From: Torpedo marmorata
Taxonomy: Eukaryota
Assembly: GCA_977017645.1 (NCBI GenBank)
Contig: OZ360237.1
Span: 8,618,001-8,682,000 of the forward strand
Direction of reading: 5' to 3'
Length of the DNA: 64,000 nt
The stretch's first letter is position 1. Each line of letters starts with the position of its first letter. Shown piece by piece: positions 24,444-36,850 of the stretch. The notes below the pieces were generated by a model that had not been told where the DNA came from, made no database searches, and was given only the letters and a program-made list of their open reading frames with translations. The position numbers and the translations under genes are program-made.

Positions 24444-25300
24444 CAAATGGCGGCGCTGCCGGAGCCACTGTAGCGGCAGCGCTGCCGCTGGTGCGGACCC
24501 GCGGGGAGCGAGGGAGCGGAGATACAGCGCTCCCACGGTGTCCAGCCGCCCAGTCGACTGCCGTCGGTTCCGCACGGGGTTTGAACGGCCCGTTAAAGGA
24601 GCCGACGGTGGTTTTATTTGAGATCCCGCGACCGCGGGGTCTGCCCCCAAGATGGCAGCGCCTATTAATCAGCAGCAGCCACGAGGGGCTGCAGACTCCG
24701 GGGAAGCGGGGGACTGGAGCAGGGCACCAGAGGATGGGAAGATCACCCCCCGTCTGAGAAGGAGAAGCGGAGGAGACGACCCACGGGACGGTGACCACAG
24801 CGGCGAACCAGTGAGGGGCTCTGAGGCTGAAGGGCCAGTGCATGCGGCAGGCTGCAGGCGACTCGAGGAGAGGAAACCGCGGAGGCTGTGGGCTGCTGGA
24901 AACTGCTGTCGGGGGACTCACGCCGAGCTGCGGACTGCTGGAGGCTGGCTCGAACTGGCTGGAGGAGTACCAGGTATCGGAACCGGGATGCGAGGGGGTG
25001 CCGAGGGCGACCTGACCGTGTTGGAGGTTCGGATCTGGAGCTCGGGATGCCGATGGTTTGGACTGGACTCTGTGTGGCTGCGGAGGCTGCGGAAGCGCTG
25101 GAGGCGAATCTACGGACACTTGGTGACTCTGGGGGGACTCTCTTTTGCTTCTCTTTCTCTGACTGTAAGGAATGTTAGAGGCGCTTAGGCAACTTCTGCC
25201 GGTGGCGAATCTGTCTGCCTTGCAGCAGGCAAAAAGAAATTTTATGGAATATGACACTGTCTTATTACTATGACAATAAATTGAATCTTGAATCTTGAAT
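24444..25300 (+). mobile_element. GC-rich non-autonomous retroposon with Rex1-type tail, copy 1 (longest)
   Basis: Highly similar to 62499-63364, 46565-47341 and 36851-37480. Ends TGACAATAAA-TT(GAATCTT)n. Starts CAAATGGCGGCG. No RT coding and no tRNA boxes. Confidence 0.85.
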
Positions 25301-26849
25301 ATCTCTGATGGGGGTGCCCTTTCCTTTGTTTTATCTGTGATTAAATAGTAACCACAGGGTAAGTTAAATGTTATAATTTAATGGTTAATAGTTGAAAACA
25401 TTGTTGATATCTCAATTATTCTTTAATCTATTACCGGTAATATTTCTTGAGAGAGAATTTAGTACTGCAGGCATTACATTATTTAAATGATGTAATTACT
25501 TCAAATGAAAATGCATATCAAACTTAGTTCCTATAAACTGAAAGTTGCCTTGTATCAAACGGCCTTTATAGCTGCGTCTGTGTATTTACTTAATATTGAT
25601 ATGTCCAATAAATTCTCGCACATTGAGATAATACATGCTGAATTATATAAATTGTTGTTCAAATGTCTAAATTAAATTCAATTGTTTTCTCATGTCTGCA
25701 AAGCTACCTAGTGCCTAGGTCAACCAGAAGGTTTTTGCAAGTAAACTACTTAGAACTGAATAAAAGAATTTATTGACATCTTGTATGCTGCCCTTGGAAT
25801 GCCTGATTCTGATAATGGATGTCTGAAAAAGGGAAAAATTCCATACCTTAGCATTAACATTCCTTACCTGGATGTACACAAAGAAAGTTTTTCCTCCACT
25901 CATTTGACTGTAATTCAATGAAATTCCAGTTCTTGCAAATTCAGGCTTGCTTGGCAGTCAGGTCATCAAATCTTCAGAAGGAATTGTTGGTTAGGGAAAC
26001 ACAATTGTTGTTTCTCTTTGCTCCATTATCTTTCTTTCCTTCCTTCCTGATTTACTATGAGTGTGATGATTATTTGGAATTCTCTAGTCCAATGGCAGTG
26101 GGGGCTTAGTTATTGACTGCATCAAAACAAAGGTTGATAGATTTCTGAGCAAGGTGTGTGGTGATTGGGCAGAAAAATGATACTCCAGGTTAAAGAATGG
26201 GCATGATCATGCTGAATGCAGGACCAACGTGGTCAGGTCAAATGGTATATTTCTGCTCCTATTTCTTACATAAGACATGGAATATAAAAAAGTAAAGCAC
26301 ACGAACAGGCCCTTTGGCCCTCAACGTCTGTGCCTACTCAGATGGCAAGCTAAATTAATCCCATTTGCCTGTTCGTGATCGGTTTATGTTCTTGTATTAC
26401 TGGTGTATCAGCTGCAATCCCAGCTAAGATCAGTAAACCTAGGATAATTTTGAATGGCTTTTTTGGGACATTCCCCTCCTGTCTGGTTCAGCACAATACC
26501 AAGCAACGTATTAACTATTAGTGCATTCACATCATGAGAATTAACACTCAGTCAATAATGAAATAGTTCTTTTAAATCCTTATTGAATTAAGCCATGCCT
26601 TTTAAACTAATTAAAGTTTTATTCTTTCAATTTGTGTGGTTATAATGCCAAAGTTAAATAGTGCAAACTTGATAAGGAAAATCTACCATGCAAGCTTTTT
26701 ACTTCTTTATCGACGTCTGCTTCTGAATCCAATTAAGGGATTACTGAGCATTATTTTAATAGATGATCTCTCTTTCTGGGTTTTTCGTGCAGCCTTGAGT
26801 GAGGTTCAAATTTGTTGCATTGTTTTGTGATCATCTTTTTGTTTTTTAA

Positions 26850-27114
26850 TTAAAAAAATTTTTAGACATACAGCACGGTATCAGGCCATTTCGGCCCATG
26901 AGTCTGTGCCGCCCAATTTACACCCCATTAACCTACACCCACCGGTAGGTTTTTGAATGATGGGAGGAAACCGGAGCCCCCGGAGAAAACCCATGTAGAC
27001 ACGGGGAGAACGTACAAACTCCTTGCAGACAGCGTGGGATTCGAACCCGGGTCCAGTCCCGATCGCTGGCGCTGTAAAGACGTTGCGCTAACCGCTACGC
27101 CAACCGTGCCGCCC
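26850..27114 (-). mobile_element. V-SINE (HE1-like), full length
   Basis: Same head, V-domain and tail as the other copies. Confidence 0.92.
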
Positions 27115-30100
27115 TTTTACCTCTTTTACCTCTTAACTGATGGATTGCAAAAGATGACCTTCATTAGCTCCTAGCTATTGTTTGTAGATTGGTTGCACAT
27201 TCCCCAGGCTGTGAAAGGCACATCTGCCATGCTGTTCTGGAAAACCTTGATAATAAAAGCTAAAGAGGAGGCTGATCAGGAGATAGAAACAGAATCCCTT
27301 TTGCTTTCCAAATATTTGCTCGGCCTTCACAAGCTATTTGCCTTTCACTGTTTACATTTGTTATTTAAGCATGCTTTGGCCAGATAGAGAGAACAAGAAA
27401 AAAGCATAGAGAGACAAGGGACTAATGCACTCTGCTGACACAACTCATATTACAGCTGATCACAGGTATTCAGGTTCAGAAACAGATTCACTTGTACGTG
27501 TTTACAATAAGAAACAATTTTGCCTCCTTTTGGTTACAGCTAAAAATTCAACATTGATGTATAACTTAAACATTTTTTTTCAAATCCGAAGATTTCATAA
27601 CTTTCAGTGTTATTCTAATCTGAAAATTACAAAGGATGTTCAGACATTGTAACGCCTCTTTTTCAAGCCATAAACAATAATGTACACCCAATTTTCAAAT
27701 ATTATTTTGCTGCACCTGGTTAAAATTTGGATGAGAGACAGAGGTGGGACGGATGTATAGTCTGTCTTTTGTCTTAGCTGAAGGTAACTAATTCAAAAGC
27801 ACATTAACCTTACTAAGTAAAACTTTTGTATCATAATGCAAAAATGTAAAAAGAAAATGAAGTTCCACCTAAAATCAATTTTAAGTTTTCAGATAGTCAT
27901 GGAAACTTCAGGAAACTTTTGAGGCAAGTAAAATGTAATTTGAGAAAGGAAATGTTTTAACGGGTTGAGTGGATCTAATCTGAGAACCTGTTTTTTTTTT
28001 AGTTTTTCATCTGTTGAAAACTCCAAATGTCCACCCATATTTTTCTGTAAAAAAACTTTAAATATTGTAATGTATATTTTCTTTAGGGCCTTGAATTAAG
28101 ATAATGTTGATATTTGTTACATTCAACATACATTTTCTTGATTAATATATTAATCATGATTAATATAATTCCAATTGTGAAAGGTGCACCTGTTTTTAAA
28201 ATTTTATTACATTGCAGAATCATTGGAGTATGTGTGAAAAGGCATGGCTTTAAGAATCATGGCTTTGATTTATTGGCTGCCCTGTATGAATTCTCCATGT
28301 ATTTCCATACTCTCAAGAATGACGAGGGCAAATTTTGTGAGACACTGCTCCGGTTTTTGAATCAAGTCATATCATCGTTGAAAAATAAAATGTGAAATAT
28401 CAAATTTTCCATCAGGAGCAAATCAATTGGATTCAAACTGGCAAGCATTAAGAAAAATTGAATGTATTAAATTGTATACTGTACAAAAGGCTCACGTACA
28501 AAGGATAACAGGTAGCATTGAAGAAGTCAGGAGAAAGAAGAGGTGCCTTTATTTTAACAATTGTAAATGGGATTATAACTGTCAATGGTAGGTCTTTAAA
28601 CAAATGATGTCAGTAGAATTAGGTGTGTCATTACTTTAACGGAACAACTTTTGTAGAATACAATGACTGTGTTTGTATTTAATGAAAAAAATGGATCTAT
28701 TGGAGTTAATAGAGTTCTCCTGTTTTAACAGGTTATTCTAAATATTGCACACCTAATTTCCCAATAGTAATGCTTTGAATAGTTATATTTGAAAAGTCAT
28801 GATACCTTTAAGTGGGTTCAATAAAGCTATGAAAATGACTATGGTCTCTGACCTGTATTGTGATGGACACTCACTGATTTAGCACTGTTTTTCTTGTGCT
28901 TCAACAAACCCCTTTGAATATCTAATCTATTTAAGTGAACAAAGTAGTGTTTAGCATGGAACATCAATTTTATACTGCTTGGCAAAGGTCATTGCTGAAT
29001 ATAATTGAGTATTCTAATTTTTGTATGATATTGTGATGGAGAGGGAATTCCAGGTTTCCAGATCATAAGAAAAGTTATTATTTTTTTATATCTTCTCAGG
29101 AAATGTGGATGGACATTTTAAAATTGTTTTAATGCAAGTGTAGAGTCTTTGAGCTGGAGTAGAACTTGTATCTTTTGAAAATGATTCAAAGTTGTAGAAT
29201 GTTTAGTAGATTTTGGCAATCAAACTAATTAGCTTTAACATGTCAATACTTTTTAATTGCATGGCATTTGCATTAATCTCACTAGAAGTGTCTCCTGCAT
29301 ATATTTATTGAATCTGGTAGTTCATCAGTTTACCATTTTGTTTGATTGAGACAGGCTCTGCAAGTCCATCTTTGTGTCTCCAAACTGAACTGTGAGAGAC
29401 AGCTGGACTTGCTTGTGTAAAAAAAAAACACCTTTTTGATCTCCATTGTCTCGATCTGATCTTCACAGTAAAAAAGATGAAAGATCTTTTTTGAAGGGAC
29501 AGGTCCAATATTCTTTCAAATCCAGTTAATAAACAGTTCTGTAGCTGAAGCAGCTAAATATGATGGCTTTCTCCTGGTTCATCAGTTCTCCGAAACCCAT
29601 GATGATAGAGGCTGGCACTCAAATCTAGAAGACAAAAGCTTTAAGCTATGTTATTCATAGTTACCAAGAAGTTACTTAAAAGCTGCTCACCTTGCAATTT
29701 ATTGTATTCCTTTATAATTCATTGTATTCAAAGAGCTGCAAGTCATAATCTATAATAATGTGAAATCAACTGTATTGATTTTCCACTGCTGTTTTAATTT
29801 ATAATTTGCATCCTAATTCATACAGTCTAATGGAAAGATCTAGTATTAAGTGAATATTTTTTAAAAATGTGATAACATTTGGTCAATTCAACAAGGTAAT
29901 TGCAATAGCATGGCTTTCCTTTGGAATATGGACTACAATCCAAGATAATAACCAAATGAAGTTATGCTCCAACTCGTAAGGAGGGATCACATATTTTCAG
30001 TATATTTATTACACTATACATAAGAAGTATAGTTGACTAAATACTTAAAAGCATAACAACAGAATTGACTCAGGGATAAAGTGGCATAATGCAACTAAAG

Positions 30101-30362
30101 TAATGGAAAATTCACTTCTACGTTTCTTATACATTTATGATTCAATGGAATAAAGTATTCAAAATCAACTAATATATACACTAGAAGATACAGCCATAAT
30201 AAAAAAAAGTATCAAAAGATATAGCAATAATTATACTCCCATCATTTATATTGCCATAATTTTGATCAGCTTAAGTTGGTTAAGATATTTAAATATTTGC
30301 CTTTTATTTTCCATGACCTATTTCAGAGAAGCTGGTATTTTCCTGACTTGTTTGTGATTGAC

Positions 30363-30640
30363 TTAAATTTTTTTAAATTTAAATTTAAAAAAATTTAAAC
30401 ATACAGCACTGTAACCAGCCATTTAGGGTCACGAGTCCGTGCCGCCCAATTTACACCCAATTAACCTACACCCCCGGTATGTTTTGAGCGGTGGGAGGAA
30501 GCCAGAGCCCCTGGGGAAAACCCACGCAGACACGGGGAGAACGTACAAACTCCTTACAGACAGCACGGGATTCGAACCCCGGTCCCGATCGCTGGCGCTG
30601 TAAAGGCGTTGTGCTAACTGCTACGCCAACCGTGCCACCC
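30363..30640 (-). mobile_element. V-SINE (HE1-like), full length
   Basis: Same head and V-domain; (TTTAAA)n-like tail. Confidence 0.92.
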
Positions 30641-30729
30641 TTAAGTTGTCTTCCTTTAAGCTAGAATGTTGAACTGTCACCTATGCTCACCCTAACAAGC
30701 GTGTAGTTTTAGAATTACTCATGCAAAAC

Positions 30730-31009
30730 ATTTTTCTTTTTTTAAAAATATTTTATTTTAAATTTTAAATTTTCACACAGTAATACATACATGAATAATA
30801 TACATTGTTAACTTCAGAGAAATCTTTTATAGTTATATTGTATTACATAGTGTATCTACCCCTTCCCTAACCCCCCCAAACCCTTATAACATTTTTCTAA
30901 CATTTCAAATTAAAATTATTACTTAATATTTCTAATCCCACCCTCTAGCCACTCCCTCCCCTTACATTCCCTCCACTTCATAAAATCTACAAAAGAAAGA
31001 AGGAAAAAG
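30730..31009 (-). mobile_element. L1/Tx1 3'UTR fragment
   Basis: T-run + TATTTTATTTTAAATTTT..CACACAGTA as at 18-61. C-rich tracts. Possible diverged TSD ATGCAAAACATTTTT / ATGCAAAGCCTTTTT. Confidence 0.65.
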
Positions 31010-32049
31010 ATGCAAAGCCTTTTTCAATGAACCTTGCACATATTCCCTGTGATTATTTTCCATTAATTATCTTCATTTTTTCTCCTTCAGTCTATTTAAC
31101 AGATTATTCAGTAATTGCTTATCATGTCTATTACTTAGTTTCACATTGTTTAAACTGTATGTTGCATAAATTGTAGATTCCTGTCTGCAAAGAATAGAAT
31201 GTGTGGTCTGCATAGGTTTTAACTATGTAAGGCTACTTTGGCCAGTTAGTGAAAGAGCAGTCGGCATTTGGTTTGAACAAGTCAGGAGACTGTGGCAGTG
31301 AAATTCCATCTTCTCTGGCCATCTCTCCACTGCAAGGTGTTGACAGTTAATTCCAGTGACAACAGCAATGAGGCCAAATGTCTATCTCTTGTTATTTTTA
31401 GTCAAATTAAGATCAGTTTTTTTCAACTGAGCATATGCAGGAAAAAGCCTTGCTGTAACTAATGAACTATTGTCCATTCGGACTTGAGCACAGAGCTGTT
31501 TAATCCAAGCAGTGTTCAAGGTAATTTTCTCAATTTGTCTCAGCAGAAATCTAATTATGATTTGTGTACGAAAAGGGCACAAAATTTCTTTTCTTTGGGC
31601 TGCATGCTGTGAGCCTTTTTTTCCTTTCAGCGGCATGTGTGCTTGAACCCGGTTCAAACTCCCATTTTTGCTTTTAAAAAAAGACGCAAGATTTGTGGAG
31701 GAACATTGGATCATTCTGTGGAAGCATCCCAGATGTTTGAAGGGCAGTGGTACCAATTCAAGTATCCAGCTTTTTCATGCCAACAATGACTTCATGGTTA
31801 ATCGATGAACTCCAGTCCACAAAATAAGACACAGTCCTCAAACAATAGCCACGGATGCTTACTTCCTTTCTATATATTTGCAGGCAATGACCTTCAGTGT
31901 CCATCTCCTTTCCGGTGCTGGCAAAATTAGCTGATTTTAATTTGCAATTGTTAGCATTTTTGGCCTGTGTTTTAGAGTTTTTCACAGTCTCTCTTTACAA
32001 ATTGTGCCCTCACTTCAATAGACGTAATCTTTTTCCCTCCTGCTTTTGG

Positions 32050-32328
32050 NNNNNNNNNNNNNNNNNNNNNNNNNNNNNNNNNNNNNNNNNNNNNNNNNNN
32101 NNNNNNNNNNNNNNNNNNNNNNNNNNNNNNNNNNNNNNNNNNNNNNNNNNNNNNNNNNNNNNNNNNNNNNNNNNNNNNNNNNNNNNNNNNNNNNNNNNNN
32201 NNNNNNNNNNNNNNNNNNNNNNNNNNNNNNNNNNNNNNNNNNNNNNNNNNNNNNNNNNNNNNNNNNNNNNNNNNNNNNNNNNNNNNNNNNNNNNNNNNNN
32301 NNNNNNNNNNNNNNNNNNNNNNNNNNNT
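32050..32328. other. N gap (279 nt)
   Basis: Run of N. Confidence 1.
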
Positions 32329-32389
32329 ATCTCTCTTTCCTCTCTCTCTTTCCTCTCTCTCTTTCCTCTCTCTCTTTCCTCTCTCTCTT

Positions 32390-32420
<31 letters not shown>
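32329..32420. repeat. (CT)-rich microsatellite (CTCTCTTTC units)
   Basis: Directly visible, abutting the gap. Confidence 0.95.
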
Positions 32421-32421
<1 letters not shown>

Positions 32422-32566
32422 TGCTGGCCATTTTAATGTGGACTGTGGGAGATTTTACACTTGATTTGTTGAATTTGAGCTCGTAGCTGTAAACTCGCAC
32501 CACACAGAAGAAACTATCTTTATAAATGACAGAATGGACCTGGCTGAATGGTGCTTTGTTTACTGT

Positions 32567-32810
32567 NNNNNNNNNNNNNNNNNNNNNNNNNNNNNNNNNN
32601 NNNNNNNNNNNNNNNNNNNNNNNNNNNNNNNNNNNNNNNNNNNNNNNNNNNNNNNNNNNNNNNNNNNNNNNNNNNNNNNNNNNNNNNNNNNNNNNNNNNN
32701 NNNNNNNNNNNNNNNNNNNNNNNNNNNNNNNNNNNNNNNNNNNNNNNNNNNNNNNNNNNNNNNNNNNNNNNNNNNNNNNNNNNNNNNNNNNNNNNNNNNN
32801 NNNNNNNNNN
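32567..32810. other. N gap (244 nt)
   Basis: Run of N. Confidence 1.
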
Positions 32811-34558
32811 ATGGCTCGATTGGCTGTAAAGTTTGCTTAACTAAGGCAGCAGTGGCAGAAGCCACATTAGGCACTGACTCTTCCGAAAGACTTGCCACTT
32901 ATTCACCCTTAGACCAATTATTTCTTTTATTTTGAGAGGAGGAAGGCCAAGTTTTTTTTGATTAAAAAGGGCCTTGAATCACTTTACCCTCTTTACTCTT
33001 TTTTTTCTTTTCTGTGAATGAGCACAAGGAGAGATTTTGGGGTCTTTATTTCAATCGATTTAAGCAGTGTTCGACAACGGTGACAATGGCTTACAGTAAT
33101 TCATAAGTTGGGCAAGACGACCCTGAGATGTTATGCCGTCAAGTTGTGAAGTCCTGGATGCTACCATAGGCCAACCTAGAAAAGGAAAGTGGAAGAACGA
33201 CAGTTCTGTGTGAGTGAAACAGTTACTCAGTTGGCAGTGTATCTGTTAATCAATCAACTAGGTTAATCAGCCAGTTGCTACTTTAAAGTTTTTTAAAAAA
33301 GCTCAGAGTTTAATTTTGTCTTTTAAATTTTAAATTTTAACATTGATTGGTTTAAATTGTACAGTTGTTCCAGAATAAATTGAGAATTTTGATGTGTTAT
33401 AGAAAGATGTTATTTGTTCTGAAATGACTGACATTCATGAATGCAATCAATTCTGAGTTGAACTCAGGCTCAGGTAATTTAATATCACGGTAACTGCTGC
33501 CTCGCTGATAGGCATTCTGGTATGCTGTGCTTAAAGCTCTAATATCCCTTACCCAATTATTGCTAGATTATTTTGAGATCTGATTTCCTTTTTCTCTTTT
33601 AAGTAACAAGAGTCCATCTAATCACATATTATTGCAGAGATAAAATGGACCAAACAAATTCATACGACAGGTTTCAAGAAATTAAAATAAACTTTCCCAA
33701 ATATTTGCACATGATTACTCTGAGATTTAATTATAAAATAAACATTTTTATTCCTTTTTAAAATTATTTTCTTTATTCTAATTTTGATGAAGATTTTTGA
33801 TCCAAAATGTCGACAATTCCTTGTTCCCCTCCAGAAAATTGTGTTTTGCGTCTTGTCTCTTTTTGTGCTGTAACATTGATGTGAACCCATAAATTTTCCC
33901 CTGTCTAGAAATTTTTGCTACACTATTAGATTTAAATCAACATTTCAGTTTTCAACCTAATTTCTTGATTTGTTTGAGCATTTGTGTGGGGTGGTTTATG
34001 TAATGATTGCCATTAATACTCGATCACTTAAAATGTTTCCCCAATGGACCATTACTAAAGCTTGTCTTATCAGTAATAGGACCCTGGACAGGGTTACAGA
34101 TGAGGTTCAAACTCATCTTTTGAGAGGCACAAAAAAAATCGAAGTGCCCTGTAAATCATGGAAAGTTAAACTATGGCAAGTGACTGTTTTTACACATCGC
34201 CTGTATAAAGACTGTGTCTCAACTGTGTGTGAGCCACAGGTTTTCACTCAGGAAAATTTTGCTTGAGAGGGAACAACCTGTGCTTTCATACACTGCGCTC
34301 AGCCCTCCAACCCCTGTCAATGTAAACATTGTTCCTGACAGCACGCTATTGTACCCAACATTTTTCCACAGCATGAAAAGAAGTTCAAACCAAGATTATA
34401 TTTTTAGACCCTACATTAACTTAGTCTTATGAATTCTCAGCTTGTCTCAACTTGTTTGTATTTCTGTTTTTATAATAGTGGTTTTAACGGTCTCGTTTTA
34501 TATTGCTTGGCAATGTACTGGCATACTGTAACTCTGTTTTTCTTTTCTTTTTTTAAAG

Positions 34559-34573
34559 ATCAGTTCAAAATAG
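34559..34573 (+). CDS. Candidate 15-nt micro-exon
   Basis: CTCTGTTTTTCTTTTCTTTTTTTAAAG|ATCAGTTCAAAATAG|GTAATT. Long AG-free upstream tract. Open in phase 1 (xQFKI) and phase 2 (SVQN). Confidence 0.55.
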   Translation: MSSK

Positions 34574-36289
34574 GTAATTCATAAAGCTATTTTTGATAAA
34601 ATATGTCATGTATCCTAACTTTAGGATCTCAAAAGATTTATCACAAATATCTTTAATAATTATTTAAGCATCCTCAGATGATCAATTGGTAGTCCAATGT
34701 GTCATAAGTTTCTGAATACACGAGATATACCAAGATTCAATTAACAGCTAAACGCAGGAGGTGTAATGTTAAGATGATATTCAGTGCAAAAGATCTACTA
34801 TAAACAGTGTTATTTGTTATTGTTCTATTGGATGTTCAATCTCGTATCCCATATAAGTAAAGCATTTGCAATGAAACACTAGATTTGAGGAACAATCTGC
34901 ACAATCTTGGTGGTGTTAGTACAAGAGAAAGTAAAAGTTTACAGATTTTTTTCTATCAAAATTCAGTTTCAATGCTACGTGTGAATGCTCATTTCACATG
35001 AACAGCTGCTTTGTTGCTTCGTCAGGTCACACTTTATGTTCTGTGATGGCAACCTCCGATTAATACTGCAATATTGTCTCATATTCATGCATAAGTCTTT
35101 ATCAGCAATCCAGTGAAGAATATTCAGGTCTTGGTAATCATCAGTTGGATAGGCAATGAACATAAAGAGCTGAACTTAATATGACACGATGTTTTTCAAA
35201 ATTTTGTTTTCCTTAACTTTATTTTCATAATTTCTATTCACCTGAGTTTACTGGGCAAATAGTCAAAAGAAAGATTGGCAACAAAACAAATTTAAGCAAA
35301 ATAAAATTCAACCGAACAAGCCAAGATGTAATACTTTTTGTTATCTGAGTAGCGTGGCATGTTATAATAAGAATTATGTCCAACAAGGCTAAAATGGCAA
35401 ATTCTTGTTTGCATTAGGGGCCAAATCCACACTTATGCAAAATGATTCCATCAGACTATTGGCAGGAATATGGCACAAAACTGTCCTTGGAAAAGTCCAA
35501 AGAGATGAAACACCAATCTAAAAAAAACATGAGAATAGTAATTAAATATCGAACAATAAAGGACAGATAGTGCTTGTTCAAGAAATTTACCAGTTCTATA
35601 TCCTGTGCTCATGTGCCATCAAGTTTCTTGGCTTTAATCAAATAACTGTAATCATGAGTTTCCCTGACCCTTGTTTGCTGGGTACTAATTAAATAACTGT
35701 AATTATGATTTTACTTTCGAGTCTAAGCCTCGTTTGTCATTTTACTGATTTTTTTTTGCACATCGTTGATCAAAAATTGTGCACTTTCACTGCAGTGGGT
35801 GACAATTTGATTGCCTTCAATAGCAGAAGCAAGTCATATTACAACAGCTAAGCTGTCATGTAGCAGTAAATCACGAACCAGGGAGCCATTGGCAACATGG
35901 TTTGACACCTAATTTGCTTTTATTTCTCCTTGCCTATGCAACCTCAGTGAGTCAACATTACCTCATTGAGAGAAAGGGTGTAGGAAAACTTGACATCTCG
36001 CATATACACTTGTTTCGGTCTGTGGTGGCGATGGTTGTATATTTTGACCACTTTGCCAAAGGAAATTGCTGATGAATTAACAAGGCTGATGATGGGTTCA
36101 TTAGGCTGATGATAGATTGTAAAGGCTGCTGCATCGTAGAGCAAAACAGATAAAGTGATATGACAAATCTTGTGCTTTCATAGAGCTGATTGAAAATGAT
36201 AATTAATATTTGCCTTTTACATCTATACGACTTTTTAATCTGGTTTCAAAGAATCGTGTAAAATTTACAATATTGAAGGAGGCCATTCA

Positions 36290-36437
36290 GTCCAATTTTC
36301 TTTCCTCCCCTGTTTTTCTCCCTTGATATATTTGGTATTATCCCTTCCTCCTTTAGCTTGAAAAAGGATCCCAACCCAAAATGTTGACTGTTCATCTCTA
36401 CCCATGGATGCTGCCTGACCCACTGAGTTCCTCCAGT
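36290..36437 (+). mobile_element. Old Penelope terminal-repeat remnant
   Basis: CTTGAAAAAGGATCCCAACCCAAAATGTTGAC...GGATGCTGCCTGACCCACTGAGTTCCTCCAG resembles 16327-16405; hammerhead core is degenerate. Confidence 0.65.
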
Positions 36438-36850
36438 TAGCTCAAAGGTTTCTGCATGGCAAAGAAAGTGCTATCAAATGAATTTCACCTTTTAGCATCA
36501 GGACTATTAAGCTTTTTTTAGTTTCCTTACTTGAATCAGAGTTGAGGGACCTAGATTTGAGCCTCCCTCATCACACCTATCTACTCATCAATGGAAACCA
36601 TCTAATTTCCTCGATTTGCAGGCATTTCCTGTTTCTCTCAGAAGTTGACCTGTGGTAATTTAGCCTGGCATGATGCTATTCACCCAGAGTTGAAATTATT
36701 ACAAAGATTACTCCACTTTAAGATAAACCTTTCCTTAAACCTGCTGGATTAAAGAGAAATGTGTTTGATTAATAAAAGAGGCTGAGGTTTTGATCACCAA
36801 TTAAGTGGATTTAGTTCTCACCGCTGACTGCCATCTGATGGATATCAATT

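Noticed and set aside
24118-25257. 379-aa - strand ORF and other overlapping ORFs
   Set aside because: Low-complexity Pro/Ser/Ala-rich reading through a GC-rich repeat into unrelated flank; broken in the other copies.
29070-29140. Possible exon after TCTTCTCAG
   Set aside because: Acceptor-like, but there is no credible donor nearby.
31897-32935. ORFs of 93-179 aa
   Set aside because: Artefacts of translating N runs and the CT microsatellite.
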